Assembly (NCBI RefSeq): GCF_009914755.1
Contig: NC_060938.1
Reading direction: 5' to 3' (one strand)
Length of the DNA: 64,000 nt
Source: the human T2T-CHM13v2.0 reference genome, Homo sapiens
Position numbers and translations under genes: made by a program. Of this stretch, positions 1 to 52,900 are shown in pieces (within the stretch, counting starts at the first letter, position 1; every line of letters starts with the position of its first letter). The notes beneath the pieces are model-generated. The model was not told where the DNA came from. It saw only the letters and a program-made list of their open reading frames with translations, and searched no databases.

Positions 1-331
1 GGACGTCTTGGCCCCGCCTATCTCGTACAGTTCCATCACTGGAGAGGGCAAGAGTGCGCTCAGCCCTGGCTGGGTCCTATCTCGCCCCCAGTCTTCCCTG
101 TCCCTACCTCACCTGCTCTTATGGAACGGAGGGTCTACGTGCGTGTCGACCCAGAAAGGCCAGAGAGTGTAATCTGCGAGAGGAAGGAGAGGGAAGGTTC
201 AGCCTGGGGCGGGAGATGCAGGGATTCGGGAGCTGCTGTTAGGGATGTGGAAAAGGAGAGCACCTTACGAAATTCTCCCCTTCCCGTCCCTCACCCAAAT
301 CAAAGACTGCCAGCTTCGGTAGCCGCGCCAT
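1..331 (-). CDS. MDP1: Magnesium-dependent phosphatase 1 (HAD family), 5' part; gene continues off the left edge
   Basis: Exons 331-295, 173-113 and 38-<1 with GT-AG junctions splice to [45 protein letters not shown], which includes HAD motif I (DLDYT). Confidence 0.95.
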
Positions 332-520
332 GACCCGCACCGCAGGCTGCGCGCAGCAGAGGTGGGGCTTCACCCGGGGCCTTAGAGAGTGCGGAACCTC
401 CGGCAGCTAAGGCAGCCACCCTGCCTGCCATAGACAAATGGCGACTAGAGCGTCGCCACTCGGGGCGTCATCAGCCTGGAGATGGCGCAAGAGTGCCATC
501 TGATGCTGGGCGGGGAAGAG
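300..520. promoter_or_regulatory. CpG-rich promoter of MDP1 with YY1-type motifs
   Basis: CpG-rich stretch just upstream of the MDP1 ATG (331); AAATGGCG at 436-443 and AGATGGCG at 480-487. Confidence 0.6.
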
Positions 521-905
521 GATTGCAGCGAGGTACCAACACGACCACACATGCAACCACAGCAGTCAAGTCTTTCTAAGGCATTGGCCACGGGCATCCT
601 CCCTACTTCTCCACTCCACCCAGCCTTGCCCGATTCTATTATACTAAGAAGCCAGGGAAGAAGGAAAGCCTTTTCTTCTAGCACCTGCCTCTTCTTGAGA
701 CCCAAGTGATACATCACAGCTTGTCACTCAATCTTTCTGCATTATCAACCTCCTGACAGTGTAGAACCCAAAGTCCTCAGTAATATTCCAGCCATAGAGT
801 ACAGTGTCAGCCAAACCCTTGAAGGCGTTCTCCAACCAGGCCTAAATGTCCAGTACAGCCACAGTCAAGAGAGAATTCACTCTCCGAAGGTTTCACCATC
901 CATGT

Positions 906-1097
906 CAGCACTACACTGGTAGATGTATAACAACCAGTTTGTGGGGAGGAACTGATCTGTAGTGTTTGCTAGTTTCTGTAAATAATCCTACCATGGCCAA
1001 TTTCAAGCTACCAACATGAAGTCACTTAATAGAGTTGGAAAAAGGTGCCAATAATTGGCTCTCATTAGCCACTAGGAACTGGTTCCAACACACCACT
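906..1097 (-). mobile_element. MER63-like hAT DNA transposon fossil
   Basis: The minus strand reads AGTGGTGTGTTGGAACCAG...GTTGGTAGCTTGAAATTGGCCATGG...CTGGTTGTTATACATCTACCAG, resembling the MER63A consensus as I recall it; degenerate terminal inverted repeats. Confidence 0.6.
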
Positions 1098-1253
1098 AAG
1101 TAGGTTTTCCTAGAGTCTGATAATCCCCGTAAGAGCACCATTCCTTCCACTGTCCGATTCCTTCAGCCTGCTATAACTGAGTGAGCATTAGGTCCATTTT
1201 TATTTCAGTCAACTTGTGCAACAGAAGAAAGATTCCAGGAGGCCAGGAAATAT

Positions 1254-1259
1254 TTTATT
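1254..1259 (-). terminator. NEDD8 polyadenylation signal AATAAA (second copy at 1199-1204)
   Basis: tttatt on the + strand about 245 nt downstream of the NEDD8 stop codon. Confidence 0.75.
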
Positions 1260-1502
1260 GACAACCAGGGACACAGTCATAAGAGAGGGAAGCACACAGG
1301 ACTGCAAACTAACACCCAGTAGCCAGCAAGGGCCCTCTGGGCCAGGAATACTGAATCCTGGGATCCTCACAGTCTCCCACCAGTAGACATACATTACTGG
1401 GCATCCAGGGGAGGGGGCAGTGGCTATGGTGTCCCAGAGAGTGAGAGGATATATGATGCCTCATTATGAGCGACAGGGTAAAGAGGTAAAATGGAGGGTC
1501 CA

Positions 1503-16639
<15,137 letters not shown>

Positions 16640-17626
16640 CTTCTTTCCAGTTTGGGGCTGCACACGGATAAATTGCTGCTCCTACCGCTCCGGTCGCCGC
16701 TGCCGCCCTCCAGCACTCTTGCCTGCAAGGGCCACTTCTACTTCCGGGTCACTGTCTGGCTCCACCCCCCCCCCCCCCCCCCACTGGGTTCCGGAAAGGC
16801 TCAGGGTTGCTCCCGCGTTTCGGTTCAGTGACGTCGTAAATTGGAATGAGGCATCCAGTTTAGCAACAGCAGAGATGACGACTCTGCGATTCTGAGAGTC
16901 CCTGGCGAGCCCGGGCTAGCGAAAAGTGGGGGCAGAACGAACTACATCTCCCATCGTGCCAGGAGGCGGTCCCGCCCGTTTCCCCCTGGGAGTTGTAGTC
17001 TAACCCCCTCGGATCCAACAGCAACCTCAGTGCGTGAACTCTGTTATCCAGAAGGCCTCGCCCTGCCGCCGCCGAAGCTGGAATTCGTCGGCTAGTAGTT
17101 CTCGCCGGCAACTAGAGGAACCTGTTGGCGTGGCCCAGAAGGCTTAGCGGGATTGCACGAGGTTAGTTGCTAAGCAAGGTGGTCTTTGGTCAACTGCCTC
17201 CTGGACCAAGGCAACAGGAAGTGAGTACCTCTATTCCGGAAACTAGTTATGAACCCTCCCCGCCCCCCGTCGCCAACATTCCTTCGTTCCCCTAAATCAG
17301 CCTCTTGCCCCATTGCTCTTTGCAGGGGTAGAAGAAGGAAGTGTAGCGGGGTAAGGAATGCACCGTCAGGGTCTCTCACAACCCTTTCCCAGCTCTCCTC
17401 CCCAACAAACAGTACCTGGGATGGAGCCCTAGGGTAATCGCAGCCACGGGATGGGTCGAGGTGACAGGCTTCAGGGACCACACTTCGGCCTTTGCCCGAC
17501 CTTCCACAACTTAAGCGAAGAGAGGCCACCAGCCGTAACAGGGCGTTAAAGCCCAGGGGAAGATTGGTCCTTATGACTTCCTGCCTTCCAGCCCTCAGAT
17601 TCATCGCTACCCCGAGGCTAAGCGCC

Positions 17627-23151
<5,525 letters not shown>

Positions 23152-23587
23152 ACCTGAGCAGTTCTACCCTCCCAAGGCACCAGTACTCTACCATGGGGCA
23201 TCCCAAGTGGGGTCCTCACCCATCCCAGCTACTGCAGCTCTGTATTACTTTGTCATTTCCTGTTGTCTCACTCCTGAGGGCTCCTGCAGTAACTCTGTAC
23301 TTCTCTATCTGCACACACAAAATGCCCAAGGCACTCACTGGGGAGGAAGCAAGGAAGCAAACAGTCTGAGAAAATGATGCAAGAAAATCAAATGGGAATC
23401 TGGGGACCCAACACAACATCCTGAAGATTATTAAAAGGAAAAGATGCTGATTGGTACATAAATCTTTTACATGGCCTTGGTCTAGAGGAGGCAGGCTTTT
23501 AGAATCATGTTTTGTTAATCCGCTTCACTAAATTGGACCTTCACATATCTAAAAAGCTCTGAAGTGTTTGTATATTTGAAATACCTC

Positions 23588-23593
23588 AATAAA
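23588..23593 (+). terminator. GMPR2 polyadenylation signal AATAAA
   Basis: About 440 nt after the stop codon; an ATTAAA also lies near 23430. Confidence 0.75.
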
Positions 23594-24032
23594 GAGAGAG
23601 CTCATTGACTGTAAAGAGATGCTGGGGCTTTCTGTACAAGGCTAGCATCTGGGTGCTGCTGCAGAGTGGGTGGTGGTAGGGTCAGCACTGACCCAGTGGG
23701 GTCAAGAACAATGAGTATTATTCCCATGAAGTATCTCCATTCTAGTGCCACCACACCCAGATAATCTGGCAGCATGAGAATTTACAAAGTATATTCTGGC
23801 CTGAGGACACATATTTCCAGAATACCAAAGGACATTTCTCTTCCAGGCTTTCAACCCTGCTAACCCTTTTAGGCACAGCTGAACAACACTTAGCAAGGGA
23901 AGTAAAAAAAGGCAAAGGGATCCTTTCAGTTTGGAAGGGCCAGTTCTGTTTCTAAGGAATGACTTATGCTGACCTTATGGAAACCTTAATTCCCCTCCTT
24001 CACATCAAGGCAGTATTTTAACAAATCCAAAG

Positions 24033-24038
24033 TTTAAT
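24033..24038 (-). terminator. TINF2 polyadenylation signal ATTAAA
   Basis: tttaat on the + strand about 130 nt past the TIN2L stop codon. Confidence 0.6.
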
Positions 24039-24169
24039 TATTAAGGATTACAAATATTTTTAGCAGTGTAGTTAGGCAATCCAAGCCTGGACTTCCACTT
24101 CATTCCTACTAAACTACTTGCAGAGCTGAGGAGGCAGGAGACTAGAGTACAGAGAGCATTTTAGTTCTA

Positions 24170-27450
<3,281 letters not shown>

Positions 27451-27467
27451 TTAAAAAATAAAATACA

Positions 27468-31903
<4,436 letters not shown>

Positions 31904-33501
31904 TCTACCTTCCCTTTTATAATATGGTCTTCCTCCTGAGCTTCGAATTTCTGTGCATGGCACCTCTCTTCGTGGCACCCATGAGTCAGAAACTCAGGCC
32001 ACCACCCTTATCTCTGCCCTCCCTCCTCTCCAAATTGAATCTGTTATCAAGTCTAATCAGTTCTATTTCCTATACAACGTTCAAACCCACCCTTTTTTTT
32101 TCATTCGTACTGCTTCTACCCTAATTCAGGTTCTCCTATCTCTCATCCCAAGAGGACTCTATCTTCCTACCTCCAGCCCAACCCCTCTAATTTCTTTTCT
32201 ATGTTGCTTTCATTATGAATCATGTGAAATGCAAAACTTGATCATATCATCCCTAATTGAAAGCTCCCCCTTACTTTCAGAAGAAAGTCCAAACTCCTAA
32301 ATATGGCAAAAGGATTTTTAATGAACTGGCCCAAGCTTACCTCTTCATGCACATCCTTTGCCACTTTGTACTCATCATGCACCCATATGCCAGTCCTCAT
32401 CCAGCTGTCTGCATTTTCCAAACATACTGTGTTGTCTCACATGTCTGTGCTTTACACGTGTTGGGTGATTCCTCTGTCCTTTGCCTCTTGGACTTGACTT
32501 TTTCTCATCTTTCATGGGTCATCTGGTAATCACCTTCATGAAGACTTTCTGTATCAGCCCAGGCAGAATCACAGTTCTCTGGGCCCCTCAGCATCCTGAA
32601 CATCCCTCTACTACCATGCAGAACCTATCTCATAAGGTTATTGTAAGGATTAAATGAATTCATAAAGTGCTTGGAGCCTGGTTCCTGGTAAGTGTGACAT
32701 ACGCATTTACTGTATTTAGAATGTTTGCATGTCTGTCACCCCCACTGGACAGGAGCACCTTAAGGGAAGGGCTTGTTTCTTCTTGTGCATGTTACACTAC
32801 TGATGCCTCAAGGTGTGCACCTTGTTCATGTGTTTACAGCTAGTAGGAACAGCTCAATTTTAGCTCTCTTTTTCCTGCCCCATGAGCCCTTTGTCTTGAA
32901 AGCCTTCTAAACTTAAAGGTTCAAGAAGACATGCGTTCAGGACCAGAATATCAGGTACATGATCTCATGGCTACTGCTAGCCCAAGAAGAATGCAGGCAG
33001 TGGGAATGCAGAAAAAAGAACAGCTGAGAAGAAAAATGAAAGGGCATCGTTCTTGATCTTCAGTGTGCACAGGAGTCAAACTCTTGGTGAGTTTGTTCTG
33101 GGCCTCTTCCACGGGGATTCTGACACATGAAGTCTATGGTAGGGCCCATCTATCTGGATTATTAATAAACATTTCAGTGATTGTAATAGAAGTGGTCTAG
33201 AGACTACACTTGAAAAACCCTGAGGTAAGGGAACAGTTTCATTCAAACCAAAGCCAAAATCCTCCAAAACTCACCCACAGGAAAATTTCCAGGTAGAAGA
33301 GAGTTATACAAAGAGTATCGACTCTGTCTCTCTGAGCCTCAACTTCCCTTGTGGTTCCCTCTCTCTGGTGAGGGACACCAGCCCCTATCAGTGGATGATA
33401 CAGGAAGGCCATGTGCAGCCCTGGGACAAACCATGGCTCCATCCGTCTTGGTGTGGCATGGACTGAAAGATGGACAGAGCAGCAGCTTCATTAAAAAACA
33501 G

Positions 33502-33507
33502 TTTATT
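33502..33507 (-). terminator. TGM1 polyadenylation signal AATAAA
   Basis: tttatt about 160 nt downstream of the TGM1 stop codon. Confidence 0.8.
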
Positions 33508-33663
33508 AGCATCTGTTCCCCCAGTGCAAGTGAAGACTGACTCCCTCTCCGGGAGCCCTGGACTCCCCACCTGAGCTCCTGGGGAGCTGCTCTGTAGTGT
33601 GCCCCTATCTTGGGGCAATGTCCTTGCTCATCTGACTCCAGTCCCATTGCTCCTGGCACAGGG

Positions 33664-46781
<13,118 letters not shown>

Positions 46782-47433
46782 TCAGTCCCACCCGATGACC
46801 GAAACAATCCCACCTTGGCCCAGAGATTCTCCAGACACATCCAGAGACCTTCCGCGAAGACCATTCAGACTCACCCAGAGAAGCTTCTCATGCTGCAGAG
46901 AAAAGCCTTCCCCTCACCCCCACCAAACAACATCCGAAAAACTGCCCAATGAAGAAACCCACTCAACGATCCATCCCAGGAAATCCACATAGTTCCCTGC
47001 ATGGACACTTGTCCCAGCCTCAAGACCCAGCTGCACACACATCAGAGTGCTCCAGCATCCCTGGGCCTGGTCCGTCCACCTGCTAGCTCTGCAGTCTAGA
47101 GGTGCACAACACTGACAGCTTCTAGAACTCATTTCTTAGCAGAAATCCCCCAACTCAAGGTTCCTCACAAGACAGACAAGTGACCCCGGGGCCTGTGGTC
47201 CTTGGCATTCCCAAGTCAGGGAAGACCCCACTTGGGGCTGCCAGGAGGGGTAGGGCATGGCAGGTGCCCGGAGCCTGTGCACAGGGAAAGCAGAGTCTTG
47301 GTGTTGGGAACAGCCTAGCTGGGGCTGACAGGTACACAGCTGGCCCACACCCCACCTTGCTGGATCCAGGCACGGCCTCTGATAGTGTGGGCCGCCTGGA
47401 CTCGGCACCACAGTACCCGTGGGAGCCCCTCAC

Positions 47434-47527
47434 CTGGCAGCAGTGTTGGCAACCGCAGTACTGAGTCCTGGGGCTGAGATGGAACAGGTCAGGATGGATG
47501 GGACAGGACCCACAGACTGGATGCCGC
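47434..47527 (-). other. TGM1: TGM1 non-coding exon 1 (5' end approximate)
   Basis: Donor CAG|GTGAGG at 47434/47433; acceptor CAG|GCATG at 46700/46699; lies about 25 nt downstream of a CATAA box. Confidence 0.75.
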
Positions 47528-47549
47528 AGGGACAGACCTGGTAAGTGAC

Positions 47550-49043
47550 TTATGTGGGAGGGAGGGGCCAAACTGCTGTAGGGGGCGGAGAGAAGAGGCC
47601 AGGCCTCTGGGCGGGAAATGGGGAGAAGATGCTAGGGAGGGAGCAGGGGTGAGGTCTGGGGGCTTAGGCTGGGCTTTGGTGGGAGCCACCGCTGTGATGG
47701 CCCCTGGCACCAGGCTGATTCCTACCAGACTGGGCATGTGAGGAGCCCCTTCTCCCGGATGAAGAAGCTGCAAGGGCAGTGGGGCAGGCAGGCCCTTCCA
47801 CCCACAGCCCTGTCTGGCCGACCTTCTGGTCCCAAGCTTAGGCTGCCTACCTCTGCTGTCACAGGCTCCTGCTGCCGAGTTCTGTGCAGCCCAAGCCAGG
47901 CTCAGCCCTATGAAATTGGCCCAGGGGCCTGGTCCTGGAACTCATCCTGCCCAGGGAGGTCCTGGGATCCCAGGTTGCAGACTGGTGACATCAGCAGCCA
48001 GGCCCTCAGACTGGCTCCACCAGCTAACCCCTGACCTGCTGGCTCTACCAGATATTCTGACTCCCTCCACCCCCAAGTCTGTCCCTTCTTTCTCAGCTGC
48101 TCTACAGCCCCAGGCATGAGTGAGCTGCCCTCAAGTTTGGGATTAGGGAGATCAGAGTAGGAGCAATCTCATTTCACGTCCCCCACCCCCGCTGTAGCCT
48201 CGGGGGTTAGGGGATGTTTAGGCCTTTCCACTCAGGCTTGGGTGGGAACTGAGTCCCCCTTCCAGGGGTACAGAGTACCTTTCTCTCACTGAGAGGAGTC
48301 TCTGCTCAGCTGGACTAGAGGATTCCCTTTTCTCCAACCTGGAATTCTTCCTGGGAATCCAGACCAACCGGCTCAGGCACCTGTGCTGTGTGCATCCTTA
48401 CTCCACCCCGACACTGGGGAAACACTGAGGATGGCACCAAGGCGATCCCAAGGTAGAGAGGAGGAGGCTAGGCATCTTCAGGGAGGCTCTCCTTGGGTCT
48501 TGTCCTCAGGCCCGTCAGCCAGGGCCTTCTTCCTTCTTTCCTTCCTTCCCACTAGTGTCCCAGCTCTGCCCATGGGCCGCCTAGCAGAAGACAGTAAAAA
48601 CAGGCTGACAAGAAGACACAAGGAAACAGAATCCAGGAGGGGCTGTTTGGTGATGCATCAGGCAGGGAGGTGCCGTGGGGAGTGGGGACAGAGAGGCCCC
48701 AGGAACTGGCAGGGAGCCCTCCACACCCACACTGCCTTTTCTTGTCCAGCTCCAAGCACCAGAACCTGCCCGGGGGTGGGGGCAGGTGCCCCACCTCCAA
48801 CACCCTCAGTAGACACACCAGTGGATATCAAACTTCCAGGCAGGTCAGCCAGAGGGCTTTGTGCAGGGGCTGCGGATTTGTGCATCACTGCAGATACGGG
48901 AAGGGGCAGGGCCCTGGCTGTCCGGACGTGTGTGAGCACATGTGGGCCCAGGCAGATCCCAGAGAACCAGTAGGATGCCTTTGTCACACTCTCTCCCTAG
49001 CTTTAATCAATCTTTCTCTCCCCACCCAGCCAGGTTTGAGTCA
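47550..49043 (-). promoter_or_regulatory. TGM1 promoter: CATAA (TATA-like) box 47550-47554, CRE-like TGATGTCA 47986-47993 (about -0.46 kb), AP-1 TGACTCA 49037-49043 (about -1.5 kb)
   Basis: Motifs seen in the sequence. Their positions agree with my recollection of the described functional CRE and distal AP-1 elements of this promoter. Confidence 0.7.
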
Positions 49044-49911
49044 GTGCCCTAACCCCTGAGCCAGTCCCCTCCCCCCACCACCACTCAGGACTCTCTAGGT
49101 CAGGACAAGGTGTGTACATGGTATGTGTGGGGGGACACCATGGGAGCAGACACTCAGCTCAGGACCTCAAGGAGCTGAGGCCAGGCCGCTGCCCAACCAT
49201 TCCTTAGCAATACAGAAGCAAGAACATGAGTCTAGAATCCTAGACCAAGGGTAGAGACAACTTTGGTTTCAGTGCTGAAGCGCTCCGGCCAAGAACCTTG
49301 GGCAAGTCTCAACAGCAGTTTCCTCATCAGTACACTGGGCCTAAAAATCTCATCCCTGAGACTCTGTGAGGATCAAATGGTATCAAGTATTCTCAAAGGT
49401 ACTTCAACCGTAGAATGCTACTCATGGGGACCGATAGTGTTGTTCAGGCAGGACGGAGCAAGGACACCCTGGCCCATTCCTGGGAACGTGGAGCCCTTGA
49501 GCCTCCCCAGCTATGGTGAATGGGGGCCAGGGCAGGGGGAACATGTGGAAGGTGCAGGGGTCATGGGAAAAAATTGTATGATGCTTCCAGCTGGAGAAAC
49601 TCACAGCTGCTCTGTAGCTTACCAGAGCCAGAACCTGAGCCCAAGCCCTATTCCTGCTTGGAATCTAGACCCAGTCCCAGCCCCCACCCCAAACCAGAAG
49701 GTAAACAAAAGCTCAGCCTTCACCCTGAATTCTGCCCCAAACACTGAAGCCTTGGCTCTCTCTGAGAGGAAACAATAGGATGGCGCAGAAAGAAGGAGCT
49801 GGCAACACCCCATGTCTCTTCCCTTTCTTTTCAAAAAATAAAAGTGATGAAGGTGGTGGTGTAGTGATAGCAGCGACAACAGCTTGGTAGCCTGAGAGGG
49901 CCTCTCCATTC

Positions 49912-49917
49912 TTTATT
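49912..49917 (-). terminator. RABGGTA polyadenylation signal AATAAA
   Basis: tttatt about 45 nt after the stop codon. Confidence 0.8.
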
Positions 49918-49960
49918 CAGTCCCAATAAGTTAAAGGGCAAGGGTAGGGGGCAGGGCCTC

Positions 49961-52900
49961 TTAGGTGAGGACGCTGCTAACTGAAGGCAGCAGTTCAGCC
50001 AGTTGCTCCAAGATGCCCACCGCTTGGCACAGCGGGTTACCCTGCAGGTTGAGGAGGACCAGCCTGGGGCAGGAGGCAAGAGGCTGGAGCACTGCAGGCT
50101 GCTGGAGGCCTTGTTCAGGAGAGTCAAGGAAAGCTTGGCAGGTTCCTCCCAATTTATTTGCTCCTGTGTACCCTCAAGAGCTGGGGACTGCTGCCTGGAA
50201 GTCTGTTTGATGGGCATCTCATATGCTCCCTGGAGGGAGTCAGGCTCTAGGCAGGGACTGCAAATGCCTGCCCACAGGGTCAGCCAGGAAAGAATGAGCC
50301 GCAACACCCCACGCAAGCTGGTGTAGTATCAGGGGAGTGGTGCAGGGTATGATAAGGTGGAAATCTAGCCTGGTCCAAAGAGACATTTACTATTCAGCAA
50401 TGACCAAGGGCTGCTGAGTGAAAATACCAGTGTAAGGTTGCTCTAACTTCCAATTTTTAAGAGAGGAATTAGAACTCTAGATGTTTTTTAAAGTATGAAA
50501 CTTCCTGATTTTCAAAAAACTACATAGACCTGAAGAACAGCTGCGGGCTGCCCATTTGTGAACTCTGACTTGAGGAAGTCCACTCCGCACAACTCCACCA
50601 GTGCAGGTCAGTGATAGCCCGACAGCCCCAGGCTCTCCCCCTTCAACTCACACTACAGAGCCCCCTCTCTCCTGCCCTGCAAGAGGGTGGCACATACCCT
50701 GCCTGCTGTCTGTCCCTTCCCAGGGTGGCACCTCACTTTACCCACTGTCTGAAAGGCACCCAGGAGGAAGGATACGGTTGTTGCACAGTAGCAGCTCCTG
50801 CAGCCGGGGTAGGTTGGTGACGCCGTCCAGGGACTCTATGGCATTATCACTGGCCTGCAGCACCTGGGGGCAGGGAGGGCAGGGAGGCAGGACAGGCGCT
50901 GTCAGCCAGGGATGGTTCAGCAACTGAGGAGCTCAGGGTGACGGGTCCACAGAGCACAGAGGGGCTCACAGGGTCAGGCTGCGTGATGGAGGTGGAAGGC
51001 ACGCAGTTACCTGTTCGGGGTGGAGGGTCCTGCACATCTCCTTGTAGGATGGGCAGACTTCTGAGGGAGAGGAAGAGGAAAAGAACCACCCGTGACAGGG
51101 ACGGAGACATGGGTACTTTACCTCAAGGCAGCGCAGGGCAGCCAGTGCAGGTGGCAGGGTTCGGAGACGATTGTGTGACAAGTCAAGATGGGTGACCAAG
51201 AGCAGCTGTTCCAGATGGCAGAGCACTGTCAGATCCTGGGGGGTGAAGGGAGGAAGGAGGTGATGGGCTTCCCAGGAGACCTGGGAGAGGGTCCTCAGCC
51301 AGCATTTATTAGGCACATGCCCTCTGTGCCCCACAGGCCCTTGGGGACCCCAGCCAAGAAGAGGATGGGAGCATGTGGGAAGCTGACCTTACAGCCCACA
51401 GCAGTACATGACGTGGGACAGACAGTGCTGCGAGTGGGGTAACCAGTGGGGTGGGTGAGGAGGAGGAGGCCTGGAGTTCGGAGGTACAGGGGCCAGTGGA
51501 GGGTGCTGGGTAAACAAAGACTGGTCCCCTATGGGGACTGGTCCTGATGAGGCAGAGATGAGTTTGGCAGGAATGGAGGTGGGCTGTGGTGATGTGATAA
51601 AACTAATGTGTTGGGAAGGACTAGGAAAGTGGAGCCTGGACAACTTCTCAGGAATCTCTGGAAAGTATTTGGCCTTCAGGTATTGGAGGTTGCTCCAGGG
51701 TGAGATGTGCTGGAATGTGTGGGAGGAGTGGGCTAGCGGTCACTCTGAAGGAAGATGAAGCTGTGACCAGCCTGGGGAAGAAACAGCACAAGGAGGTCCT
51801 GGTGACTCGGGATTTGAAAGTGAGTGGCAAGAAGAAGAATGGGCTGAGTGACAGAAAGGCCTGGAAGAGGAGCAAGCTGGGAGGCAGGGATGAACTCTAT
51901 CTTGATTGGAAGTCCACAAAGGCACCTGAGACTGGGGGCAAAGTCAGGGACGTGGGGAGGCCAGCGGGATGAGGGCCAGGGGAAGGCATGCATGGCAGCC
52001 CATACCTTGTGAGCCAGGTGCAGCACACGCACCTCGGCATACTCCATCTTGAGCACGCTATTCTCCAGCAAGAACTTGCTGCGCAGGTCATCCAGATACG
52101 CTGCCCGCATGGGGTCCACGGCCTGGAGTGGATGGGGTGGGCAGGGTATGCATGTCAGCTGCCTGCCTCCTGCCTGCTGGGCCTCCCCCTGGTCTGTTCT
52201 GCAGACAGAACTTGCCTTGAGGGTCTGGAAGTACTGCAGGGTCTCCTTCTCATACAGCAGGGGGTCCAGTGCCCGCATCAGCAGGATGATGGTAAGCAGG
52301 CACCCTGAGGAGAGGGCAGGGAAAAGGAGGGTTTCTCTTGGATCCTCCTCTGCTCCCATCCTCCTGAGGCCTTCCTGCTGTCCTCTCAGGGCCACACTGG
52401 AAAGGGGTTTCCTCAGCGGGCTCTGGGAGCAGACTCTCACGGAATGGGGCCTCACATTTATTCTCAGGCTCCAGCTCCTGCAGCTCCTTACAGGATTCCA
52501 GCTCAGACTGCAGCACTGTGGACTTCTCCACTGACAGCTCACACCTGAGGGTGGGCAGGGTGGGGAGGAGTTGAGGCCCACAGCCCTGAAGCACTGGTCA
52601 ACATTCCCAGTATCTAGACTGAAACAGCTCCTTGAGGCCCCAGCCTCCTGCCCTGGCTGCCTGATGCCCAGAGTCCAGAGCCCCTCTCCTTGTTTTGTGC
52701 TTCCCTATCACCACCTGAATAGCTGCTCGTCTGTCGTGGAGTCCCGGCACCAGCCCTCCTGGCGGCCTGGGGAAAGAGTAGGTGGTTGGAGGGTGCACCC
52801 TTGAGAGGAAAAGAGTGATGGGGGCTGCTGCAAGGGGTGGAGGCTGCAGGTTCCATCACCTTTTAAAAGCACGCATTCTTTCTGGACATCGCCTGCTGTC

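Noticed and set aside
48383-49778. 196-aa and 171-aa + strand ORFs between TGM1 and RABGGTA
   Set aside because: Both have non-ATG starts and low-complexity GC-rich composition, with no homology I recognise; the region is TGM1 promoter DNA.
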